The notes under the pieces are model-generated. The model saw only the letters and a program-made list of their open reading frames with translations, did no database searches and was not told the DNA's origin. Positions 37,967-45,969 of a stretch of 64,000 nt of DNA are shown piece after piece. Where the stretch lies: the NCBI GenBank assembly GCA_963710595.1, contig CAVQAZ010000007.1:36926-100925 (forward strand), given 5' to 3'. This DNA is from an uncultured Gammaproteobacteria bacterium. GTDB taxonomy: Bacteria > Pseudomonadota > Gammaproteobacteria > Steroidobacterales > Steroidobacteraceae. Both the position numbers and the translations under genes were made by a program. How positions within the stretch are numbered: the stretch's first letter is position 1; the number at the start of each line of letters is the position of its first letter.

Positions 37967-38890
37967 GTGATATCTCCTGCTACACAGGCGCTGCGAGGGT
38001 CCTTCCCTCCGCTCGTTACTCCATTCCGCGCAGGCGAGGTCGATTACGCTGCATACGCGGCATTGGCGAATCATGTGATCGAAGGTGGCTCGCACGGGCT
38101 GGTGGTCAATGGCACTACCGCCGAGCCGACGACACTGACGCTCGAAGAACGCTGTGCGTTGGTACAGACGGCGGTGACAACAGCTGACGGCCGCGTCCCA
38201 GTCGTCGCGGCCACCGGTGCACAGAACTATCGCGAAACGCTCGAACTCACACGAGCGGCGGAGCGGGCCGGGGCGGATGCGGTAATGATCGTGACGCCCT
38301 ATTTCCTGAAGCCGCCGCTGCGCGGACTGATCGAGTACTACACTGCACTCGCCGGCGAAACGCGCCTGCCCGTTCTCATTTATCACATTCCCGGCCGCGC
38401 GGCCGTAACGCTGCCGGCCGCGGCGATCGAAGAAATCGTCTCGCGGGCGCCCAACCTCATCGGCGTGAAGCACGCCTCGACCGATCTTTCGTTCGTCACC
38501 GAGACACTCAGCCGCCTTGGCCCCGACTTCCGCATCTTCGTCGGGCTCGAGGAGCTGAGCCTGCCGATGATGGCGATCGGCGCGGTCGGCCTGATGAACG
38601 CAGCCGGCAATGTCGCGCCGGCACAGATAGCGGCTCTGGCAGAGGCGGCCCTGGCCGGCGACATGCTGCGTGCCAGGGCGCTTCACTACCAATTGTTCGA
38701 ACTCAATCAGGCAATTTTCTGGGACACCAATCCGATCCCAATCAAATACCTGCTGCGTAAGCTCGGCGTGCTGGCGGGTAACGAGCATCGGCTGCCGATG
38801 ATGCCCGCAACAGCCGAATTGGCAGCGCGGCTGGACGCCCTTCTGGTCCGGCTGGGACTGCATGCGACGGCGAGCCGCGCGATGTCGTGA
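37967..38890 (+). CDS. DapA/NAL-family class I aldolase (catabolic HpaI-like type)
   Basis: GTTAE, IYHIPGR, GVKH (Schiff-base Lys), FWDTNPIP; catabolic operon context. Confidence 0.8.
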   Translation: MISPATQALRGSFPPLVTPFRAGEVDYAAYAALANHVIEGGSHGLVVNGTTAEPTTLTLEERCALVQTAVTTADGRVPVVAATGAQNYRETLELTRAAERAGADAVMIVTPYFLKPPLRGLIEYYTALAGETRLPVLIYHIPGRAAVTLPAAAIEEIVSRAPNLIGVKHASTDLSFVTETLSRLGPDFRIFVGLEELSLPMMAIGAVGLMNAAGNVAPAQIAALAEAALAGDMLRARALHYQLFELNQAIFWDTNPIPIKYLLRKLGVLAGNEHRLPMMPATAELAARLDALLVRLGLHATASRAMS

Positions 38891-38905
38891 ATCACGGAGA
38901 CTTCC

Positions 38906-39946
38906 ATGCACTACCTGCGCAACACTTGGTACGCCGCTGCGTGGTCCGACGAGATCGGACGCACGCTGCTCGCGCGCACGTTGCTCGATCGGCCGATACT
39001 TTTTTATCGCACTGAGAAAGGCCGCGTGGCGGCGATTGGCAATCGTTGTCCACATCGCTTCGCGCCGCTGTCCAAAGGGAAGTTGTTCGGTGATGCGATC
39101 GAGTGCCCGTACCACGGTCTCAGGTTCGACGCATCTGGCGCGTGCGTTCACAACCCGCATGGTGGCGGCACGATTCCCGCTGCGGCGCACGTGCCTGCTT
39201 ACACCGTCGTCGAGCGTGATGGCCTGGTGTGGTTATGGGGTGGCGAACCCGCGCACGCCGATTCCAGCGGAATTGCCGATCTGAGCCATCTGCAGGATGT
39301 GGCTCTGGGTACGGTCCGCGGTTACATGCACATGAACGCTCATTATCAGCTCGGTATTGATAACCTCATCGACCTCAGTCACACACAGTTCGTACATCGC
39401 GACACGCTGCTCTCCAAAAGCTACGGGGAGTCGCATCCTGAAGTGGCTCAGGAAAAAGCAGCTGTAACAGTCCGGCTTTCGATCCCAAACAGCGATGTGC
39501 CGCCCGCGTACCAGCGCCATGTCGAAGATCCGAATGCGCCAGTCGATTACTGGCTCGATGCGAGATGGACCGCACCGGCCATGGTCGTGAACGATGTGGG
39601 CATCACCGCGCGCGGCATGTCGAGAGAACACGGCTTTCGATCCTTCGGCGTGCACATACTCACGCCGGAAACGCAGCGGACGGCTCACTATTTCTACGCG
39701 CATTCCCGCAATCGGAAGATCCATGACCCTGCCGTCGACGAGCAGATTCGTCAATGGCACAAGGTCGGCTTCGGCGAGCAGGACAAGCCGATCATCGAAG
39801 CGTCGGCTGAAATGATGGGAGATGAAGTCGACCCGCTGCGGCTCGGCGCCGTGCTGCTTCCCACCGACACGGGTGCGTTGCGCGCCCGACGAGTCCTGGC
39901 TGCGCTCATCGCCACTGAACAAGCGGCGATGAGCGTGAGCCCATAA
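38906..39946 (+). CDS. Rieske non-heme iron oxygenase, VanA/dicamba O-demethylase-like
   Basis: CPHRFAPL...CPYHG Rieske motif; DNLIDLSHTQFVH iron site. Confidence 0.9.
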   Translation: MHYLRNTWYAAAWSDEIGRTLLARTLLDRPILFYRTEKGRVAAIGNRCPHRFAPLSKGKLFGDAIECPYHGLRFDASGACVHNPHGGGTIPAAAHVPAYTVVERDGLVWLWGGEPAHADSSGIADLSHLQDVALGTVRGYMHMNAHYQLGIDNLIDLSHTQFVHRDTLLSKSYGESHPEVAQEKAAVTVRLSIPNSDVPPAYQRHVEDPNAPVDYWLDARWTAPAMVVNDVGITARGMSREHGFRSFGVHILTPETQRTAHYFYAHSRNRKIHDPAVDEQIRQWHKVGFGEQDKPIIEASAEMMGDEVDPLRLGAVLLPTDTGALRARRVLAALIATEQAAMSVSP

Positions 39947-39949
39947 CCG

Positions 39950-40909
39950 ATGTCGAATCCATCTCTCACACTTAGAGTCGCCGCGAAACGCACCCTCGCG
40001 GATGACATTGTCGCACTCGAACTGGTCGGTACTGACCGCGCGGTGTTACCACCATTCGAAGCGGGTGCCCACATCGACCTCAAACTTCCTAACGGCCTCA
40101 TACGCTCTTACTCGCTGTATGGGCGCACCAGCGAACCGGACGTGTATCGTATCGCCGTGCTGCGTGAAGCGAATGGCCGAGGCGGCTCGCATTACGTTCA
40201 CGATGAACTGCGGACAGGCGATCTGCTCACTGTCGGTACGCCGCGCAACAACTTTCCGCTGCGGCCCGCCGCCTTTCATTTGCTCCTTGCCGGCGGCATC
40301 GGCATAACGCCGCTCCTGAGCATGGCGTGGGCATTGTTTTCACAGGCGCAGCCATTCCGCCTCTACTACTTCGCACGCACCGAGAGCCGAATGGCATTTC
40401 GGGACGAACTCGCAACCGCGCCGTTCGCAAGCCAAGCCCACTTCCATTGCACCGATGATCCCAGTAGGAAACTCGCCCTCCAAGCCACCCTCGCCGGGCT
40501 TCCTTCCGGAACTCACATCTATACGTGCGGCCCGGCTGGTTTCATCGACTGGGTTGAAACGAGCGGCCGGGCCGCTGGCTTGCCGAAGGAACGCATGCAC
40601 CACGAGCTCTTTGCCGCCGCCGCACCCATCGAAACGAGCGGTGCCTCCTTCGATGTCTTCCTTGCACGCTCCAACATCTCCGTCAACGTCGCGGCGCATG
40701 AGTCCATAGTGAACGCCCTGCAACGCGTAGGGATCGACGTCCCTGTGAGCTGCGAGCAAGGCGTGTGCGGCACATGTGTAACTGCAGTGCTGGACGGCTT
40801 GCCCGAGCACCGCGACTCATATCTGATGGACGAAGAACGCACTTCGAACAGGATGATGACCTTGTGCTGTTCGCGCTCTCGTACAGCGCGCCTCGTTCTC
40901 GACCTCTGA
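39950..40909 (+). CDS. PDR/VanB-family FMN/[2Fe-2S] reductase
   Basis: RSYSL, GRGGS, GGIGITP, CGPAGF, CEQGVCGTC...C. Confidence 0.93.
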   Translation: MSNPSLTLRVAAKRTLADDIVALELVGTDRAVLPPFEAGAHIDLKLPNGLIRSYSLYGRTSEPDVYRIAVLREANGRGGSHYVHDELRTGDLLTVGTPRNNFPLRPAAFHLLLAGGIGITPLLSMAWALFSQAQPFRLYYFARTESRMAFRDELATAPFASQAHFHCTDDPSRKLALQATLAGLPSGTHIYTCGPAGFIDWVETSGRAAGLPKERMHHELFAAAAPIETSGASFDVFLARSNISVNVAAHESIVNALQRVGIDVPVSCEQGVCGTCVTAVLDGLPEHRDSYLMDEERTSNRMMTLCCSRSRTARLVLDL

Positions 40910-41197
40910 GTATCGCCGTACTGCGAGCAAATCTCAGCGCGAGAGTTGCGCAAGGTACGTTTCGTGAAGACCTGTACTAGCGCCTCAACGTCACGGAGAT
41001 CCACGTCCCGCCGAGCGGCGGGAGGATATCCTTGAGCACTGTGCGATCGAGACGGTGACTAGTTTCGGTGCCGCAGGTTTCGCCGGCGAGCGGCACCGGC
41101 TACTTAGATAGCTGTCGATATCGGGAACCCACTGATTCGCCACACGCAGCCCGTGTGGAGCTTCGAGGCGATAATGGGGGATGTTCTCGTACGTTGA

Positions 41198-41342
41198 ATG
41201 TACCTCTAACGCCTCATTTAGAGTGGGATTGAGACATTACGAAGCGTAAGGGGCACATTTTATGATCTTTGCATTGCCAGAAATGTACCTCTAACGCTAC
41301 AATCCACCCACATAAGCGGATTTTGAAGCGTAAGAGGCACAT
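41198..41342 (+). promoter_or_regulatory. Four-box operator array upstream of hipB
   Basis: ATGTACCTCTAACGC at 41198 and 41283; inverted near-copies GCGTAAG(G/A)GGCACAT at 41244 and 41328, the last abutting the ATG. Confidence 0.65.
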
Positions 41343-41609
41343 ATGACTACGCTTGCCCAGGTCGCCGAGGCTTTGAAAGACATCCGGCGCCAGGAAAAGC
41401 TCACTCAGGGGGAGCTGGCGGCGCGCGCTGGCCTGGCTCGATCCACCGTCACCCGCCTGGAAACCTTGGCCCAGGGCGACATCGGCATGTCCGCTTTCCT
41501 GCGTCTGCTGGAAGCGGCCGGTTATGACCTGAAAGTCGTCAAGACCGGCAGCATGCGCACACTCACGGACATCCTGGCCGAACAGCGCCGCGGTGAGACC
41601 TCTAAGTGA
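41343..41609 (+). CDS. hipB: HipB-like XRE antitoxin
   Basis: LTQGELAARAGLARSTVTRLE HTH; overlaps the hipA start (GTGA). Confidence 0.85.
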   Translation: MTTLAQVAEALKDIRRQEKLTQGELAARAGLARSTVTRLETLAQGDIGMSAFLRLLEAAGYDLKVVKTGSMRTLTDILAEQRRGETSK

Positions 41610-42946
41610 AGCTTGACGTACAGGTTCGCGGCAAGCGCGTCGCGCAGCTCTATCGGGAACGCGATGAGTACGTTCTGAAGTACTTGCCCGCGGCGGAGCC
41701 TGCGGATTTCGTCAGCCTGGCGATGCCCGTCGAGGCAGGCCAGTGGCGCTGGCCGCGGGACTTGCATCCGTTCTTTCGGCAGAACTTGCCGGAAGGTTTT
41801 CTGCTGGAAGTGATCCGCGAGGAGTTCGGTCCACTCCTCGACGGCACTGATCTTTCCCTCCTCGCCGTCGTCGGTGGCATGGGTATCGGCCGCGTGACGG
41901 TGACGCCGGAGGGGATTGAGCCAGGCGCGGAACTCGATCCCCTAGCGATCGAAGAACTCATTGGCGGGGACAACTCTACCGAGCATTTCGCGGCGCTCGT
42001 GCGCAAATATGCGCGCGCGGCGATCTCCGGCGTCGTGCCGAAGTTTCTCGCACCTAAGAACCCTTCGGCGGATGCCGCGGGGCTGCGCGGCAAATCGACG
42101 GTGCGAACCTCCCGCCACATCATCAAAGGATCCGATGACAGCACACCATTTCTAGGCTTTAACGAGCACTACGCCATGCAGGTGCTCGCGCGCCTGAAGG
42201 TCGTGCCTGTCGCGACGACGCGCATGTCCGATGATGGCCGTGTGCTGATCGTCGATCGCTTCGATGTGGATGAGGCGGGTCTGCCGACGTACGGGCTTGA
42301 AGATGCGTGCAGCTTGTTGGGGCTGCCGCCAAACGAGAAATATGCGACCAGCATGGAAGCGGTGCTCAAGGCCACGCGCGCGTATTTACCGCCCGAGCAC
42401 TCGCGCGCGCAACTTGTGCAGCTCGGCTGGCACATCCTTATCAACTATGTGGTGCGAAACGCCGACTGCCACTCCAAGAACATCGCGCTGTACTACACGC
42501 AGCTCGGCGATGTCGCGTTCACGCCCGTGTACGACATCATCACGACACAGGCCTATCGCCGCTACAAGAACAGTCCACCCGGATTGCGCATCGAGGGCCG
42601 GCAAGCATGGGCGCCCGGCAAGTCGATCGAGACTTTTTTCAAGGCGCGCCTCGGCATTTCTCCGCGTGACTATGCACAGATGGTGGAGCAGCTGTGCGAA
42701 TCGGCGGTCGAGGTCGGACGCGAAATCATTGCGATCGCCAACCACCAGCCACGCTGGCAACAGATAGCCGCCGAGATGGTCCACGCCTGGAATGATGGAA
42801 TGGCATCGCTGCGAAGCGTGCGAAGCGAGGCGAGATTCAAAAGATTGACGGCGGATATTGCAGCGGCAGGACTGCCAGCGCCGCAGCGCGCCACAGGTCC
42901 GGAGCCGATCGGTCGATCGCCGCTGATGGGACAACCGCGCTCCTAG
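41606..42946 (+). CDS. hipA: HipA-family kinase toxin
   Basis: N-terminal HipA coupling domain (FFRQNLPEG), AISGVVPK, NADCHSKN, FTPVYDI. Confidence 0.9.
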   Translation: MKLDVQVRGKRVAQLYRERDEYVLKYLPAAEPADFVSLAMPVEAGQWRWPRDLHPFFRQNLPEGFLLEVIREEFGPLLDGTDLSLLAVVGGMGIGRVTVTPEGIEPGAELDPLAIEELIGGDNSTEHFAALVRKYARAAISGVVPKFLAPKNPSADAAGLRGKSTVRTSRHIIKGSDDSTPFLGFNEHYAMQVLARLKVVPVATTRMSDDGRVLIVDRFDVDEAGLPTYGLEDACSLLGLPPNEKYATSMEAVLKATRAYLPPEHSRAQLVQLGWHILINYVVRNADCHSKNIALYYTQLGDVAFTPVYDIITTQAYRRYKNSPPGLRIEGRQAWAPGKSIETFFKARLGISPRDYAQMVEQLCESAVEVGREIIAIANHQPRWQQIAAEMVHAWNDGMASLRSVRSEARFKRLTADIAAAGLPAPQRATGPEPIGRSPLMGQPRS

Positions 42947-43101
42947 CAATTGGCCGGTAATTTAGCGAAACTTCTCTTCGCCCGAGCTGTACACCTTGCA
43001 CTCAGGACGCAATCGCTCAGGAACACTGGTACGAAGGGTCGTCGAAGTCGATCCGTAAGCGGGCTGCAATTCCGAGCCCGGACCTGGCACAAGCAGACAA
43101 T

Positions 43102-43551
43102 CTAGGACGTGCTTTCAGCCCGAAGCTCATTGATAGATGTGGGCACCTGACCCCGGCTCAGCATGCGCCTGAACACCTCGCAGACGTCGGTCTTCGAACC
43201 GGCCTTGCGCAGAGTGTCTTCGTCATTGAACCAGACATAGACAATCAACTTGACGGGCTTCGACGCGAATCGAAAGAACAGTCGGTAACGATCGGGCATT
43301 CCCCTCTTCACCCGGCGCCAGTTCGTATGTTCCGCACCGAGCGTCTTATCGAGACGGAAATCCGGATGGCCTGGATCAGCAGGTACAGCCTGCGTGATGG
43401 CTTTGTAGATAGATGCCAGCAGCCGCGTCTTGGGACGTGACTTGTATCCGGCGGGATCCTGTTTCGCGAGCTTCGTTACCGCCTGCTCAAGTTCGTCCAG
43501 CGCCGCCTTGAAGAGCTTGAAGTAGAAGCGTTGCCAGCCATTGGCAATCAT
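43102..43551 (-). CDS. yhaV: YhaV-family RNase toxin
   Basis: MIANGW..., WRRVK, RYRLFFRF, VWFNDEDTLRKAGSKTD. Confidence 0.85.
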   Translation of the reverse strand: MIANGWQRFYFKLFKAALDELEQAVTKLAKQDPAGYKSRPKTRLLASIYKAITQAVPADPGHPDFRLDKTLGAEHTNWRRVKRGMPDRYRLFFRFASKPVKLIVYVWFNDEDTLRKAGSKTDVCEVFRRMLSRGQVPTSINELRAESTS

Positions 43552-43558
43552 CGCGTCA

Positions 43559-43720
43559 CTACTCGACGTCCACACCCTTCACCAGCTTACGTATCCGGGC
43601 GAGCTGCGCGCGATCTGCCGGCTCGATCAATTCCGGATGCGCCGCCATTTGCTTCTGCAGAAAGCCGAGGAAGCCCAACATGACAGGATCGATCTCGTCG
43701 CCGGAGGAGAACGGTATTTT
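43559..43720 (-). pseudogene. prlF: 5'-truncated PrlF/SohA-like antitoxin (C-terminal half only)
   Basis: Frame reads DPVMLGFLGFLQKQMAAHPELIEPADRAQLARIRKLVKGVDVE* directly upstream of yhaV. In-frame TAA at 43721-43723; no AbrB domain. Confidence 0.7.
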
Positions 43721-43735
43721 TTATGCGCGTAAGTC

Positions 43736-43767
43736 AGCTGCGCAGCGGCCGGGGCCGCTGCGCAGCT
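43736..43767. terminator. Strong GC-rich hairpin downstream of the sugar dehydrogenase gene
   Basis: AGCTGCGCAGCGGCC-GG-GGCCGCTGCGCAGCT perfect 15-bp inverted repeat; only a weak U-rich tail on either strand. Confidence 0.55.
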
Positions 43768-43800
43768 TCTTGATCGCTCTACGTTGATTAAGTGATTGGG

Positions 43801-44925
43801 CTAGCGAGGTGTCAGTTTCAGCAGCCGTCCTCCGGAGCTTCCCTGCTGATCTTCAAGCACCCAGATCGCTCCGTCCGGCCCTTGCTCGACTTCGCGGATT
43901 CGCTGGTTCAGATTCAGGCGCTGTACTTCACGCGCCGTAGTGCCGCTGATTTGCACCCGGATGAGCGCTCGCGCGGAAAGCCCACCGATGAACGCATTGC
44001 CGCGCCACTGCGGGAAAAGGTTGGCGTCGTAAAAGATGAGGCCCGCCGGGGAGATCACCGGATTCCAGGACAGTTCGGGAGCGTTGAACTCCGGCCGGGT
44101 GTGGTGATCCGGAATGTCTCTGCCGTCATAATGATCGCCGTTCGAGACTATGGGCCAGCCGTAGTTGGAGCCGCGCTCGACGATGTTCAACTCATCACCG
44201 CCGCGCGGACCCATTTCATGCGACCACAGTCGACCTTGTGAGTCGAACGTGAGCCCGTAGACATTGCGATGGCCGAGGGACCAGATTTGCGCGGCCACGC
44301 CGCCCTGGTTGGCGAACGGATTGTCGGCCGGGATTGAGCCATCATCGTTCAGCCGGACGATCTTGCCGAGATTGGTATTCATATCCTGCGCCGGTTCGAA
44401 CTGAAAGCGCTCGCTGGAGGTGATCCACAGATGTCCATCAGAGCTGAATGCGATACGGCCACCGAAATGATTACCCCCTGTCACCTTCGGTACCTGCCTC
44501 CAGATGACCTGCACGTTCGACAATGAACCGCCTCCTTGCGGACTCAAGGTCAGTCTTGCCCGGGCGACCGCTGTTCCGCGCGTACTGTTCGCACCGGCCT
44601 CCGCGAAGCTGAGATAAACGAGGTTGTTCACCGCGAACCCGGGATGGAGAACGACATCTGCAAGTCCGCCCTGTCCTCCATATGACACAGTGGGTACGCC
44701 GGTGATCGTCGCCGTCGAACCACCGACTGTGTATACCCTCAGCTGGCCTCTCTTTTCCGTCACAAGCAGTCGGCCATCGGGCAGGAATGTCATTGCCCAA
44801 GGCTCACTGAACTGCGCCATGGGTGTCGCCACGAATGCCTGGGCTGTGGCTTTACTGCTGACAGCGCCGCAGACAGCGAGCAGCACGATCGCAAGTCCGA
44901 GCCCTGTGAGTTTGTTCAGGTTCAT
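43801..44925 (-). CDS. PQQ-dependent glucose/sorbosone dehydrogenase family (YliI-like), secreted
   Basis: Signal peptide from MNLNKL; PWAMTFLPDGRLLVTEK, GQGGLADV, HFGGRIAF, GHRNVYG, GPRGGDELN. Confidence 0.9.
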   Translation of the reverse strand: MNLNKLTGLGLAIVLLAVCGAVSSKATAQAFVATPMAQFSEPWAMTFLPDGRLLVTEKRGQLRVYTVGGSTATITGVPTVSYGGQGGLADVVLHPGFAVNNLVYLSFAEAGANSTRGTAVARARLTLSPQGGGSLSNVQVIWRQVPKVTGGNHFGGRIAFSSDGHLWITSSERFQFEPAQDMNTNLGKIVRLNDDGSIPADNPFANQGGVAAQIWSLGHRNVYGLTFDSQGRLWSHEMGPRGGDELNIVERGSNYGWPIVSNGDHYDGRDIPDHHTRPEFNAPELSWNPVISPAGLIFYDANLFPQWRGNAFIGGLSARALIRVQISGTTAREVQRLNLNQRIREVEQGPDGAIWVLEDQQGSSGGRLLKLTPR

Positions 44926-45381
44926 TCTTTCATCTCCTCCTTGTGCCAATAATTGGACAGCGAATGAAGCCGTCCACCTGTGCGACCTGTAGCCGCCAAG
45001 TCAGAATACCCGCTCAATCCGCAAGTTCCGAATGGTACCGGTCGCATCATCGATGTTACCCATACATTGGCGCCCGTGTTGCCACAGTTCGGCAACAGGC
45101 AGGGACGCCATGAACACTGCAGTTGGTTTTCAGCGGATGATTTCTTGCAGCGGTGGTTCTCATACTTTTCACTGCTGTTGCCAATGCGCAATCGGCATCA
45201 TCTCACTCAAGCCCGAGTGTGCGTTGGTCGGATCATCGTGGAACCGACCACACCTTTTCAGTGCAGCCGTCGCCGAGCCACTTGCATCTCGCAGTCCATT
45301 GCGGAGCGCCCCTCATTCATTGACAGCAAAGACTCGATTCGTGAACATCGGCCCCTTTGCTCAGCACACTAGAGGTCGTAA

Positions 45382-45891
45382 ATGGAGTTTCGCCGTCTAA
45401 CCGCCGACGACGCCGCAGCGTTTCGGCGCGTCCGCCTGGAGGGACTACAAAATTTCCCGGAAGCATTCGTCGCCGACTTCCGGACAGATGCGGCACGCCC
45501 GCTGTCCTACTTCGCGGCACAATTGAAAGACCTGCCGAACAACTTTGTGATCGGCGCCTTTGCGGAGGATGCGCTGATTGGCATAGGCGGGTTCGTTTGC
45601 GACGAACGGACTAACCTGCGTCACAAGGGAATGATCTGGGGTATGTACGTCGTGCCTGGGCATCGCGGCAAAGGCGTGGGTTGGCGCATCGTGAAGGAAC
45701 TCATCGCCACCGCCGCCGTCACTGCTTCTCATATGGAACAAATCAACATCATCGTGGCGGCAGTCAATACTCGCGCCAGGGATCTGTATCTCTCGATGGG
45801 TTTCCAGACGTGGGGCCGCGAGCGGCACGCGATGCTAATCGATGGCAACTATTACGACGGCGAACATATGGTTCTATTCCTTAAGGCGTGA
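45382..45891 (+). CDS. GNAT-family N-acetyltransferase
   Basis: IWGMYVVPGHRGKGVG acetyl-CoA motif; NTRARDLYLSMGF. Confidence 0.9.
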   Translation: MEFRRLTADDAAAFRRVRLEGLQNFPEAFVADFRTDAARPLSYFAAQLKDLPNNFVIGAFAEDALIGIGGFVCDERTNLRHKGMIWGMYVVPGHRGKGVGWRIVKELIATAAVTASHMEQINIIVAAVNTRARDLYLSMGFQTWGRERHAMLIDGNYYDGEHMVLFLKA

Positions 45892-45969
45892 TGGGACGTT
45901 CGCCCCCTAGATCTCATGTTCAAATATGCACCAATTACGCGCGAGCCGTCATGCCCGCGCGTGATGCCG

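Noticed and set aside
44980-45372. RIIDVTHTLAPVLPQFG resembling a cyclase-family N-terminus; overlapping Cys-rich ORF 45032..45400
   Set aside because: The similarity covers only about 17 residues and neither ORF has a convincing RBS or further motifs.
43801-45891. Sugar dehydrogenase and GNAT as tailoring or resistance genes of the PKS
   Set aside because: More than 20 kb from the cluster, beyond an IS, a catabolic cluster and toxin-antitoxin modules; no linking evidence.
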